Source: Sarea resinae (taxonomy: Eukaryota). From it: a stretch of 64,000 nt of DNA. Made by a program: the position numbers and the translations under genes. This document shows, piece by piece, positions 1 to 11,670 of this stretch (within the stretch, counting starts at the first letter, position 1; each line of letters opens with the position of its first letter). The notes beneath the pieces were generated by a model. That model saw nothing but the letters and a program-made list of their open reading frames with translations. It had not been told where the DNA came from and ran no database searches. The stretch is taken from assembly GCA_026026165.1 (NCBI GenBank), contig JAPEUD010000033.1, forward strand, positions 1 to 64,000, in the 5' to 3' direction.

Positions 1-185
1 GGGGGGAAAGGTAAAAGTAAGGTGAAGTAAAGTAGGGATCGAGGCTAGGACAGGCGCGGGAGATAGAGGGGCAGAGGGGCAGAGGGACAGACGAGGATTC
101 ATGCGTTACGATTATGATTTATGATTATGATTTATGATTGATAGTTATGATTATGGATCAAGGAAGGGCGGGTTGACGAAAATAG

Positions 186-1967
186 TCAGGGGGCTTTTGC
201 GTCCAGGTCGGCCTCTACGCCGGCGAGGGAGGCGTTATCGCCGACGTTTCTTTCGTTTTCGGGTCGGGGCTCCGTTTCTTGCTCGGTTTTTCTCTTGTTT
301 GCACTCTCGTTTTCCTTCTCGTTTTGCTTCTCCTCCTCCTCCTCCTCCTCCTCCTTGTTCGAGCGTCTACTTTCTACTTCCGACGCCGGCCCCGGCTCCC
401 GCTCCGGCTCTGACCCTGGCTCATTGTCTCGCTTTCCATCTTCTACCGCACCATCACCGCCATCGTTATCAGATTCGTCTTGGTCAGGTTGGGGCTCAGG
501 TCCAGCTTCAGGACCACTCCCATCCAGCCCGACCCATTTGTGATCGCACCCCTTACCTCCCTCCACACACTCTTCCCCTTCATCAGTGTCTTCGCCAGCC
601 GCGGTAGAATCACCCCCGCCCGCACGCCTGAAATCGCTCCAGTACTCCAGTCTCCGGACCTCGTGCTCGGCCGCTTGGACGGCGCGACACAGATTGTCGA
701 TCCGGCGTTTTTCGGCCGCGTCTTCAGGGTCGTTGCTGTTGGGATCACCGGGATCGCTGGACGCGGCGCAATACGTGGCCTGGAGATGGGAAAGCAGGTG
801 TTGGCGCGAGGATTGGAAGATCAAGGCGTGCATGATCTCGGGCATACGTTCGGCAAGATAATAGATTTCTTCGCCGGCAGAGGCTGTAAATTTGATGACG
901 GCGCCGATTTTCTCGCGGTCGATACGGGCTCGTTTGAGCGCTTTCATGAGCATGCCGATCGTGCTGATGTCGTTGAGCAGCTCGTCGTCCGAGGTGTCGT
1001 CTTCTGTTGTCCGGCTCGAACGACTGATATAGCTCGAACGGGCGGCATTTTGGCCAGTCGTGTTATTGATGGTGGAGGCGCGATCGAGTTTCTCTCGGCT
1101 GGAGTGGATGGTGAAGTAGTCTTCGTTCATCATATGACCTTCTCTCATCTGGTGTAGGGCATCCCGCTGGCCCCGCTGGAGATGAGCAGGACGTCTGCGG
1201 ACTCGTTTGCGGATCCAGCGTCTGCGGCGCACCCAGGAGTTGAACCGCACGTGGACGCCGTGCCAGGAAAAGGCCGAGTTGAACGAGAACGAATACTGCC
1301 AGCCTTGCTCGTCGACGTCCTCGGACATGTCGACGTACCAGGATTTCCAGGCCCATTCCCAGCTCGGGTCCGGCACCTGCGCGTTGGTGATGTCAACGGG
1401 CGATTCTTTCAACTCCGCCGTCACCCAAGCGGCGGGGTCGAAGTTGAGCAGCGATCGGTGCGAGTAGAAGGGGATGCCCCAGAAGAACCAGCCGCGTTGG
1501 TGTTCGTAGAGGATGTCTATCTCGTAGGGGTCTTGTTTGGCATCTGCTGCCGAGCGAGGCTGTCTCGCGGCTCCGTTTCCCTCCCCGTTCTCAGGAACAG
1601 CGGGGTGGTCTTCATCGTTCGATCGTGGAAGAGAACTTGATCGGCTGGGGATGCCACTGTCGGTCTCGTGGCCTTGGCCTTGGCCTTGGCCTTGGTTGCG
1701 CTTTCCGGTCATCTGCCATTTTGCGTATTTCCGCCGTGCCAGCTCTTCTCTGAGAGAACGTCTCTTGCCAGCAGATGAGGATGTCGTCTTCTGGGCGAGT
1801 GAGGTGTTCGAGAGAGCGGGAGAGAGCTCTTCGGGGTCGGTTGTCGGACGAGATGTTTGAGGCTGAGGTGCGGTAGCGTCGATCAGGGCGATTCTCTGGT
1901 CGGATGGCTGGGCTGGAGGGGGGGCTTGGTCTCTTCTCGTTGAGGATGAAGAGCGAAAGATAGACAT
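186..1967 (-). CDS. Dysferlin/peroxin-type domain protein, Spo73/Mug65-like
   Basis: 593-aa ORF with IDILYEHQRGWFFWGIP...WEWAWKSWYVDM...DEQGWQYSF...SWVRRRRWIRKR, the pattern of the DysF domain in fungal Spo73/Mug65; acidic low-complexity tail. Confidence 0.8.
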   Translation of the reverse strand: MSIFRSSSSTRRDQAPPPAQPSDQRIALIDATAPQPQTSRPTTDPEELSPALSNTSLAQKTTSSSAGKRRSLREELARRKYAKWQMTGKRNQGQGQGQGHETDSGIPSRSSSLPRSNDEDHPAVPENGEGNGAARQPRSAADAKQDPYEIDILYEHQRGWFFWGIPFYSHRSLLNFDPAAWVTAELKESPVDITNAQVPDPSWEWAWKSWYVDMSEDVDEQGWQYSFSFNSAFSWHGVHVRFNSWVRRRRWIRKRVRRRPAHLQRGQRDALHQMREGHMMNEDYFTIHSSREKLDRASTINNTTGQNAARSSYISRSSRTTEDDTSDDELLNDISTIGMLMKALKRARIDREKIGAVIKFTASAGEEIYYLAERMPEIMHALIFQSSRQHLLSHLQATYCAASSDPGDPNSNDPEDAAEKRRIDNLCRAVQAAEHEVRRLEYWSDFRRAGGGDSTAAGEDTDEGEECVEGGKGCDHKWVGLDGSGPEAGPEPQPDQDESDNDGGDGAVEDGKRDNEPGSEPEREPGPASEVESRRSNKEEEEEEEEKQNEKENESANKRKTEQETEPRPENERNVGDNASLAGVEADLDAKAP

Positions 1968-2667
1968 GTCTTGATGCCGCCGCCCGGCCCGATGTTAACA
2001 TCTCATGCGCATCTTTGGAGGTGATGGTTTGATGGAGGGTGAATGGCGAGTCGCCGCTGGTGGCTTGGGTTTGTGTCCTGTACGTGTCCTGTACGACACG
2101 GAGAGTAATACTACTGGCACGGATAGGCTACAGGGAGTTGAAAGTTGGCAGCAAGCGGCGAAGGTCAGGTATGTATGTATTACTGTGATGAGAGGAAGCA
2201 GAGAAAGAGGTGTTGGTGCCGATTTGACGATGATTCACATTGAATGCATACATTTCCATTGTGTAATGATCTCGATATACTACATAGTCCGTACTGAAGT
2301 AGGTAGTCACCTCTTCCCGTGATGCTTGGCGTCGTTCGGACGAAGCCCTTCATCATCCATCACGACACGCTCTGCTCCCTCGGGTTGCGTCACTCGTGCC
2401 TCCATTCCACAGCCGCAAACAATGGAACTTACAAGTCGAATGCAGACGGGAGGTACTTAGTGCTGAGCGGTGCCAGGGCTAAGGTACAATAGTGCTGGGC
2501 GTTGCCCCCTTGAGACAAGTATCGAACGCTCAAGTACTTCAGTACGGGTACCCCGTCGAGACCGCCGAGCGGGAGATCGGTGCACGCAATGCACGCAACG
2601 ACCAGGTACTCCAAGTACCGCGCCGTACGAGTACTCGTGCCTCGCTGCAGTGGCCATCGCGTGTGGC

Positions 2668-2675
2668 TGACGTCA
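2668..2675. promoter_or_regulatory. Perfect CRE (ATF/CREB site) TGACGTCA
   Basis: Exact palindrome in the divergent intergenic region, ~370 bp upstream of the ATG at 3042; function is inferred. Confidence 0.4.
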
Positions 2676-3041
2676 ACGGTCCCCTTCCAGCGTCATGTGT
2701 GCGTGCGACCTTGGAAGTTGCAGGTGCCCGGCCTGGGAGGCTGGAACCCCCGTGGACGGCGACAGCAGGGAAACACTCGGCAGCGGACTGGAGGACTGAG
2801 GGCAGGCCCCTCTCCTCTATTGAATCTCCAGCTGTTGATGGCATTCCCTCCACCCACTGCACCCACTGGCCACCTGCCCTTCTTTATAACCCGTGACGCT
2901 CTCTCGCCTTCTTCTTCCTTTCACACCCAAATACTCTGAATCCATAAGACTCCAATCCACATCCATCCATCCAATCACTTACTTCCTCTTCTTTCTATCC
3001 ATCCATCTCATCACCACCTCCCACCACCTACCACCACTGCA

Positions 3042-3581
3042 ATGGCCGCTCCCAAGTCTAGGATCCCACTCGTGCTCGGCTTGACCGTGGCGGGTGCTGG
3101 AGGCTACTACCTGTACTCGGCTGGCGGATCTCCCAAGGTCGCACAGAAGGAGATTGAGCGTGAGTCGAAGGGCTTTCCAGGTCGTTGAAACAGAACTCAC
3201 ATTCAAGCCAGATGATGCCGCTCGAGTCTCGGCCAAGGTCAAGTCCGAACTACCCGGCCGCGAGAAGGAGGCCAAGAAGCAAGGCGAGGAGTGGGGTGAG
3301 AAGGCTGGCGCCAAGTTCGACAGCGCTGTAGGTTGACATTGCTGCTCTGATTGATCATTGTCTCTGACCACTTTCCTCAGCTCGGCACTGCCAAGGGAAA
3401 GCTGAATGATGCCGATGCATCATTGGAGGCATCACGGAAAAACGCCGCGGACAAGCTCGAGGCGTACCGAAAGGAGACTGGCAAGGACCTCCAGCAAGGT
3501 ATCGACACGTTCGACAAGAAGGTCGAGGATGGTGCTTCGAAAGCCAAGAGTGGCGTCTCGAGCTGGTTCGGAGGGAAGTAA
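3042..3581 (+). CDS. Small conserved fungal protein with N-terminal membrane anchor and LEA-like helical body; 3 exons (3042-3159, 3212-3327, 3381-3581)
   Basis: MAAPKSRIPLVLGLTVAGAGGYYLYSAGG...; GT-AG introns join the ORF fragments in frame; ends SGVSSWFGGK*. Confidence 0.75.
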
Positions 3582-3979
3582 ATGGAGAAGTCATCACGAG
3601 TCGTCACGAAACATTATCGACTACGCAGCGTCTATTTCTCTAGGGCATGCGTGGCTGGTGGGCCGGCGCAGGTCTTGTTATTTCCTGCTGTGCTTGTAAA
3701 TAGTCATCTCGGATTGCTGTCACCTTGAATTGCACAGCTGAAAAGCCTCTTTGTCCGGCAAGTTTAATCGCAACGAACGCATTCTGATTGTGAGAGATAG
3801 CACCGTTGTGAAAATGCTTGAGACTACACATTTGTCAGGTTGGATGCAATGGAAGGTAAAAGACTGGCCCCCTAGTCATTATCACCATTCGAGGCAGATC
3901 CAATCCGCGGGCAAAAGAAGAATTTGCGGCTGTGGTGGTTGTGGCTTCCTGGACTAATCATCGTTCCTAATCGGAATTA

Positions 3980-4024
3980 GCGCGTAATGCTGGGGTCGCG
4001 CCTCGCCTACCGCGTCGAACGCGT
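3980..4024. promoter_or_regulatory. MCB-like cluster (CGCG cores, ACGCGT at 4019-4024) upstream of cdt1
   Basis: Four CGCG cores within 45 bp, ~140-180 bp upstream of the ATG; cdt1 is a known MBF target in fission yeast. Confidence 0.55.
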
Positions 4025-4161
4025 TTTCCCAGCCTTCAGACGACACATGTAACACCTTCCACCCTCCACCCTCCACCTTCCACCTTCCATTGCTCTGAGA
4101 GGGTCTACACCCACCTCCATCACTCCTTTCTCTCGATATCAGTCTTATACCACGAGTCGCT

Positions 4162-6003
4162 ATGTCTACAGCAAAGAGACGCAAGGTCACTGCGAATGGC
4201 TCGAACGCCTTTGCCGTTGCACCACCACAGAGAACCATTCAAGCTTTCGGCCGCATCTCGAAAGCGCAGCCAACGACCGAATATGCTTGGAAGAAGGATC
4301 CCGTGAAGGTTGAACCTACTTCGACCTCAATCCAGATAGACGAGAAATTGGAGACTGTCAATGGGCGGAAACGGAAGATCGTCGTTTCTGAAGAGGTGGA
4401 GGAGTCCGGCGGACATCGTCCTCAGAAGCCAATTTCCCCCAACGATTCGAGCAGTCAAGTACGGTCGAACTCGTCAGAAGAAGAAGCCGATGCTCAATCA
4501 AAACGGCTTCTAAAGACACCGCGAAAGTCTTCGGCCGTCCCGAGGGACAACCCGGCGGACACTCCCACGAAAGGTGCTCGGGGGTTACTACAATCTCTGA
4601 AGCTACCATCGACACCACCCGAGGACATACATAATTATTCAACAGCCACTTGTTCCCGAAAATGCTCCGCTTCTCCTCTCGCTCACAAAATCGAGATCCT
4701 CCCTGAAGAGCTCCAAGATCTAATCGGCCTTTATTCGGCATTCCTCGGCACGCTCTCCTTCCACCGCGCCCACAATGGCTCAACAGCACCCGCCGATCTC
4801 CGCGAACTTATACCCGGCATTGAACGCTCTTGGAGCAGAAGGAGAGTCAGCCTGGAAAGTATCAGAAGGGTTCTGGGGGTTGCAGCCTCGGCGCCGCCTT
4901 CAGAATCTTCACATGATATGCAGAGATTTCTGTTGCGTGGTATAGTACTCTCAGACTATGGATCTGGGCGAATCTGCGTGGAGAGCACGGAAGAGGATGA
5001 GAAGACGTGCAGCAGGGCCGGGGGTTCGGTTTTTGATGAGACCAAACTTAAGCGTGCATTTACTCATACTCTTACCTGCCTGTGGATGAACAGCTCAGTT
5101 GTCTCCACCCAAAAGCTTGATTGCAAAGATGCGGCCCAAGACCCAGACCGTAAAGTCTATGTGGACTCGTTCATAGCTCAGCTCCCACTCGCGCCCATCC
5201 TCCCTTGTCCCTCCCTCCAAAAGACCGCCCCACTCTACACCAAGGGCCAACGTCTTCTTTCAGACCTCAAAGCAGGCGCCATCAAAGCCCAGGAGAGAGC
5301 ACCCCAGAGCAAGAGCACAGGCAAAGCTGGCTCTGAGGGAGCAGCAGCAGCAGCAACGAAGACTGCCAAAGCAACCCAGGATCGAGGCAAGAGCCTTTTA
5401 GAACGCGTAAGGAATTCCCGCCTCTGTATAAGCAAACATCGAATTAACTCTGTCCAGATCCGCGCAAAAGAGCTCATCCAGTCGACGCTTCCCCCGCCAC
5501 CTTCTCGAGCCGATCTCGCCCGCCAATCCGCTCTTCAACGCCTCGAAGAAGTTGCAGCCGTCCTATCTTTGCTGACGGCCTCGTCCTCTGCATCCCCGAG
5601 CTCTCCCGCGCATCATCGTCCAGCCGCACCCACCGCCATCAACAGCAAAAACCAGTCCAAAGCAACAATCACCAAAGATGATCAGCAAACTCGACTAGAT
5701 ACCTATCTGCTCCCTCCTCCTTCCACATCCACCAGAAAGCCACCACAGAAGCAAGCCGTCGTCTCCTTCCCCCTGCCGACCCTCCTAGCCACCCTTCGCA
5801 CCTCCCTGCCCAACCCCATCTCCGCCGACGAAGCCGCCTGCTGTATCCATCTCCTCGCGGACACGGTGGCGCCCGAGTGGGTCAAGGTCGTGCGCGCGGG
5901 CACCATGGAAGCCGTCGTTCTGGAGACGGCGAACTGGGTCGGCAGTCAGGAGGTCGGGCGGAGGGTCAGTCGTGTTGGTGATGACGGCGTTGGGGGGGTT
6001 TGA
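4162..6003 (+). CDS. CDT1: DNA replication licensing factor Cdt1-like; probable in-frame intron 5407-5457
   Basis: LPEELQDLIGLYSAFL..LSFHRAHNG..APADLREL middle domain and C-terminal PISADEAACCIHLLADTVAPEWV winged-helix region; 51-nt GTAAGG...CAG intron. Confidence 0.8.
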   Translation: MSTAKRRKVTANGSNAFAVAPPQRTIQAFGRISKAQPTTEYAWKKDPVKVEPTSTSIQIDEKLETVNGRKRKIVVSEEVEESGGHRPQKPISPNDSSSQVRSNSSEEEADAQSKRLLKTPRKSSAVPRDNPADTPTKGARGLLQSLKLPSTPPEDIHNYSTATCSRKCSASPLAHKIEILPEELQDLIGLYSAFLGTLSFHRAHNGSTAPADLRELIPGIERSWSRRRVSLESIRRVLGVAASAPPSESSHDMQRFLLRGIVLSDYGSGRICVESTEEDEKTCSRAGGSVFDETKLKRAFTHTLTCLWMNSSVVSTQKLDCKDAAQDPDRKVYVDSFIAQLPLAPILPCPSLQKTAPLYTKGQRLLSDLKAGAIKAQERAPQSKSTGKAGSEGAAAAATKTAKATQDRGKSLLERVRNSRLCISKHRINSVQIRAKELIQSTLPPPPSRADLARQSALQRLEEVAAVLSLLTASSSASPSSPAHHRPAAPTAINSKNQSKATITKDDQQTRLDTYLLPPPSTSTRKPPQKQAVVSFPLPTLLATLRTSLPNPISADEAACCIHLLADTVAPEWVKVVRAGTMEAVVLETANWVGSQEVGRRVSRVGDDGVGGV

Positions 6004-6879
6004 GGGCTGTGTTGTTTCTGTTTGAACCTGCTTACGACTTGCGCAGAGAGAGGGTTCAGGGGACTTGCTTCCCCCACTCGACCTATTGAGCAACTGGGCT
6101 TTATGATCCTTGTATCACATATCTCTCCTTTGCATCTGTCTGGGTTCCAGTGTGGTTGGGTACGATACCGTCTCGGATCACCTTATCACCTTTTAGCACT
6201 GCCCGTTTCGCGGCCTCGGCGTCGGCTTTCTCGCATCTTAGCGTTTGGACTCTCCGTCCGCCTTGTATTTGATTTGGCGTGCTGTGTGGCATGTTTGATT
6301 TGACTTGGGTCCGGCGTACCGACTATATACCCATCCATACTTGACATACCAATACCAAAGCTCAGTCAGGCATTCTGACGTTTCTGGTTCCAGTCTTGGC
6401 CCACCTAGCTACCTGTTTCGTAGCCGTTCGTTCTGTCAGTCAGTCAGTCGTTCGTTCGTTCGTTCGTTCGTTCAAGCTTGTCACATAGCATAGCAAACCC
6501 ATGCAATATTCTTACTGTTCTTAGATGCCTTTCTGTCACTGCTGCTGCTGTGTTGCGTACGAGAAATATACGCTCTTGAGATACGCCTGGCCTGTGTTTA
6601 TATCCCTCCGACTTCTGGTAAACTGTGCAAGGATATTGGCCCCCCCTCTCTCTCTCCTCCTCCTCCTCTGCCCTCTTCTCTTCGTCCTCTCCAACTCCCT
6701 CTTATACCTCTACTACACCCCCCTGACTATCTCCTCACCCCCTCTATATAAATACAAACCCTAGTACCTGAAAGAAAACCTATCTAATACCCTCTCCCTC
6801 TGTATATATACAAAAAAAGGGCTGTTATAATATATGCAGCTACTTAGACATATATACACATACGTACTAGCTTATTAGT

Positions 6880-7010
6880 ATAGAAAGAGGCAAAAGAAAG
6901 ATAAGGGAAAGAAGAGAAAGAAATAGAGGAAGGAGAAAGAGAAAAGAAGAGAAAGAGAAAAAAGGAAGAGAGAAAAAGAGAGAAAGAGAGAAAGAAAGAA
7001 AGAAAGGAAG

Positions 7011-7052
<42 letters not shown>
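6880..7052. repeat. Polypurine tract ending in a (GA)n microsatellite, inside an AT-rich island (~6700-7330)
   Basis: Almost pure A/G run ending in uninterrupted GAGAGA..., followed by (CCTA)n. Confidence 0.9.
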
Positions 7053-7055
<3 letters not shown>

Positions 7056-7825
7056 TTAACATCTTATACACACCTACCTACCTACCTGCCTACCTACCTA
7101 CTAGACTTAATACATATAATACGTATCACCTCTGATATAAAGAAGATAAGGATTCCTATAAGATGCCTTACACACTTATATTACAACAAGGAAAAGAGAA
7201 AGATACAAGTTCTCTTTACTAAAAAGCAAAGCGGCTCCTAATTGCAAGAAACAAGGAGGAATAAGTTTCTCGACTTCGGTCTAGGCGTTAAACTTTGATA
7301 TAGTTTCCCTACTAAGCTTGTAAGTTATCTGTATGAGTGAATCTATCTACCTGTCCCCTCTCTTCCTCTTCTCAGAGTCCACCGACCCGTCTCTATCTGA
7401 TATCGAAATATCCCGTGTGCGCGCTCGAGATGAAGACTACCGATTCCGCTTGTTGCCAGTACCCGCTCGACGCCAAACAAAAAGGCAAGAAAAGGAAGAC
7501 AAAGAGGAGTGAGATTATATGCCAGTGCCTAAAACGCTTGTGGGTGTGTTACCTGTGCTTCCCTCGAGTAGCCGACCAAACAAACAAACAAACAATGCAT
7601 CCTTTCCATCCTAACCATGCCATTTCGCCGTGGATCCGTTTGCATCTCTGCACATTTATACATTCGCTCGACCGTTCATCCAACCCCAGCCCTTATCGTT
7701 CCTCTTCACTGGTTTTAGCCAGACAGAAGTCAAGGTAGAACGGCCCCGGGCTACAGCCTAGGGTTGGCATGTTGGCCAGCCTACCAACCCTACACCTACA
7801 CTGCAAATGCGCAGGCTCGGTTCGA

Positions 7826-8776
7826 TCAGCCCCTCCAAGCCACGATCAAGCTGAAGGCCGGATCCTCCCCACACCATCGGCCCGCGCGACGATCATATTC
7901 CCTTAACATGGCGTAGACGGCGTTGTCGGTGATGGTCGCGAGATTCTGAGGATTAGGCCAAAATTAGCTTCTCCATCTTTCTTTCTCATTGATGGCTACC
8001 TGGGAGGGTTTATGTCCATATATGGCCCAACAGAAGTAGCGTGGTGTGAAAATCAAAATGGGACGTGAGATCTTGGAGGGGAATTATTATGCCAAGGGAA
8101 GATCCTGCCAAAAAGCTTACAGCGTTCAGCACCTGATCAGCCACCATCCAATCACCAGCATAGGCCGCATCGGCATGCGCGACGTTGGCGATCCAGCGCG
8201 CTGCGGCCTGGGCACGGAGGTAGAGCTTTTGGGCGCGGAATCGGCGAGCACAGGCGTCTAGGATGATTCTGTATTGATATCTGGAATCAGTCGCCCTGAT
8301 CGTATAAAAAGAACGAATGATTGTGAAGAGAATTGCATATTCAGAAGTTGAAGTGTAGAGGCCGCAGCAAATGAAGAAGCACCTTCTCAATTCCGCCTTC
8401 TCCCTCTCTCCGTGATTCCCGCTCTGCGCGTCCGAAACGACGGCATTTGCTGATAAATTGCTGCTGGAAAGCAGCGCCTGTGCACCTGCAGTACAGGCGC
8501 GAAGAACGGCGTATCCATTTCCGCCATTACCGCTTGATCCTGCCGCTCCTGCTGATCGGTTAGGAATAGGCGTGCTCAGCGCACGGATCTCGAGTTGGCG
8601 GATTTGGTGCTCGAGGGTGCGGAAGTCCAGGAGCAGTTGGAGGACGCGCGTTGCGCGGGCTTCGTTCACTGGCTTATGTCAGTGAACGTGCACTTGAATA
8701 TAGTGGCTAGATGAAAGGGCGTCGAGGAAGATGGGAGGGATTTGAGGACGGAGTTGGCCTTACATCCGTCTGCCAT
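7826..8776 (-). CDS. Conserved fungal hypothetical protein, multi-exon
   Basis: ATG GCA GAC GGA T|gtaagg first exon; NEARATRVLQLLLDFRTL..., IILDACARRFRAQKLYLRA..., last exon NLATITDNAVYAMLREYDRRAGRWCGEDP...*; GT-AG introns. Confidence 0.65.
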
Positions 8777-10238
8777 TTCTTTGGAAAGGGTCCCAGGTCA
8801 AAGAGCGATGTACAAGAGAGAAATCTAGATCAAACAAACGATTGACGAGCAGCTGGGGAAAGAATTGAATGTCCGATGGGAACATTAGTAGAATATATAC
8901 ACGCCATCCTCGGTATCGATTCTTCAGCACTCAAAGTTCCAGCTAGAGCATTGATTATAATAACGAGAAACCGTTCAGGGCCAACAGCAGGGTCAGACCG
9001 GCCATCTCGTTATCAAAACGATATCGAGGTCGGGCTTCCAGCAAGCAAACAAGCATCTCAGAAGAATGAGTGGACGAAGGTTACGAAAGAGGAAGTGTAA
9101 AGAGGAATACGAGGCCAAGAAGAGACAGACACGGCCAAATCGAGACAATATCGTATAAGAAAAAGAGAGCTCCAAGAGGCCAATACGAGCGCGGGATGTT
9201 TCTTCTACTACAATGGTAGTAGTCGTAGGAGAGCAAAAGGAAACGATTGACAAGAGCAGCAAAACGATAAGCTTGTCTCGCCGTGGCATGGACGGATCGA
9301 TCTTAGGCTAACAGAGCATACGGTGCTAGATGGTGTTGATGTGCTCTCTACCGGACTACCGCCTCAATTAGGCCTTGAGAAGGCGGATATGACGGTAAGT
9401 CCGTACGAAGAAAGTCAAGAGCGAGATCATGATGATTCGCTTCGGCTTCTCTTGTTTCATTATTAGCCAAGCGGGATGCGGGGGCTCATGGGGCTCATGG
9501 GGCTCATGCGAGGATATAGGACCAGGGGAACGAGGGGAGAAGACGATCATCGTCATTCAGTATCATCATCATCGTATGCTTTTGAGGTATGATAGTGTGG
9601 TGGTGATGGGCAGTACGGGAGCAGTAGAGCGTACAGAGTAGGTTAAGGTAAGGTACGAGAGTAGCTGGCCGACCACAGGCAAGCGGAGGCCCGTCATTGG
9701 TGGGTCTGCCTCGTTCAACGCTCGAACAAGCGCCCGTCGCTTTTATATTTAGAGACGGTCACGATGTTTGCTCGTATTAGGCCACCTATTCTTGACTCTT
9801 TGGACGATGTTATTACCCATCCGGCAAAGTCGCTATCGGGGCATCAACGGCATTTATTTCCTTATTTGTAAGAGAATATCGCCTTAGGTCCTCCTTCTCT
9901 GCCATGGATGGCTGTTCCGTATAGTCGATCCAGTCAAGCCCGTCCGTTCTCCGTCCACATCAGATATCGGGGTGTCAGACGAGGCTCATCTCAGCTCTCG
10001 CCAAACCACCGTAGGGCTGAACTCGATGGACATCGACTTCATATATCAGCATGAATATTGACATGATGATTGTCCCGTCCCAAGTGCATTCCTACTGGGT
10101 GGTTCTCATTCGCGCGAGTCATCGATCAAGTACTGCAGGCACCACGCCCTGACATGGGAACATCATGCTATTAAACCCGGACCCCCATCCAAGCCTCACT
10201 GGACTCATCTAGATACGCCTCTGCCAAACAGATGCCCT

Positions 10239-11275
10239 CTAATCCTTCTCACTGATGGCTTGTAGTCGCTCATCGATCTCTTCCTCTGTAAGCGTCCGGA
10301 ACCCGGGCTCAGATCCCTCCTGTCCATCAGCCTTGGGACCCCCGACGATACCAATCTCCAGCTCGCCCTTCTTGAAATCGACACTCAAAACCGAGCTCAG
10401 GGTCGTAATTCCCAGCTCCACAACATCTTCCCAGCTGCCTTCGGCGCTGTCCTTGTTCTTTAACTTCTTCTCGAGATGATTCAGTGCTTCTTGTTGCTTT
10501 GGTCCCGATGCGGTTGCCTTGTAGCCAACGTAGTATCCTGCAGGGTCGCATTTGTATAGCTGCGGCCCAAGTTCCGAGTCCACCGATATCAAAGTTGTCG
10601 CCACCCCCAAGGGGCGCATGTAAGCCTGAGGACCTTAGCATTACTCATACACATTCGATGCCATCTCGACTTACCCTCTGTGTGTACACTTGACTGATGT
10701 TGGCGAGTCTCTTGGCAAGAACATCGCACGGCATCTCGTATCCATACTTGTATCTGAACTCCGCAGCCTCTCCTCTTGCCCTATTGACCGAAGCCCGTGC
10801 ATCGGCGATAGAACCCGTCATGACACAGCCGACAGATGGCGACAATTTAAAGACATACGACACGGATGACGGATCGATGAGTTTATCCTAGGACATGCGG
10901 TCAATTCTGCGGCTCTGGAACTTTTGAGATCGCGCGCAGGTTGCTTACAGGGACTTTCTTCTGCGACAACACCACGGCACAATTCTTGCCTCTGACACCG
11001 ACCGAAGTGATATTGGCAGCCGTTATGGCCTTGAATGCATATTCTGCCGACACATTAGCATTTATTGACTTCGAATTGATGATTGGCAGCAAATATGGGC
11101 GTGCAATGGTAAGCTGAACTGCACGTACCAACTTGATACAGTCGCCCCTGATCTGAGAAGATGGTGATATGTCTGTCATAGCCAGCACTCCCTGCAAAGA
11201 AGAACCAAGTCAGCAAAGAGCTTCCTCCCTAGCTGCTTTCGTCATTGTTGGAAGGTATAGCTACTTACCAGACAT
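10239..11275 (-). CDS. SCL1: 20S proteasome subunit alpha-1 (alpha type-6), multi-exon
   Basis: [69 protein letters not shown] across spliced exons. Confidence 0.95.
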
Positions 11276-11670
11276 TTTGAAGGAGTTATGGGAGGTTGCG
11301 GAGATAAGAGGAGATGAAAGGCAGAGCTATGAGGCGTGAAGATGGAGGATCCTTTTGACGTTCAACAGGATGATGACGATGATATGTGATATGGGTGGAC
11401 GGTGCTGGTGTTCGCAGGCAGACGAGCTCCAGAGCTCCAACGCGTACTCGGAGTAGTCCTTCGGTTTGCTGATCTGGTTCCTCGCTCGGCAATCTCCGCA
11501 GCTTGTTGCATATTCGCTACTCCACCAATCCAAAATATATTCACTATCAAATCCTCAGAATCATATTTACACTTTTCCGACCACTCTTCGATATCGAGAA
11601 CGAGCATGCAAATAATAGTCCAAAGTGCTTAGAAACCCCGAAAGCTTGTCCAAGATAAACGGCACCAAAA

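Noticed and set aside
134..1860. Antisense and alternate-frame ORFs over real genes (also at 11547, 20516, 29656, 32800, 33065)
   Set aside because: Shadow ORFs of GC-rich or low-complexity coding sequence.
10062..10152. Box C (ATGATGA) ... box D (CTGA) snoRNA
   Set aside because: No terminal stem or recognisable rRNA guide; such motifs arise readily by chance.
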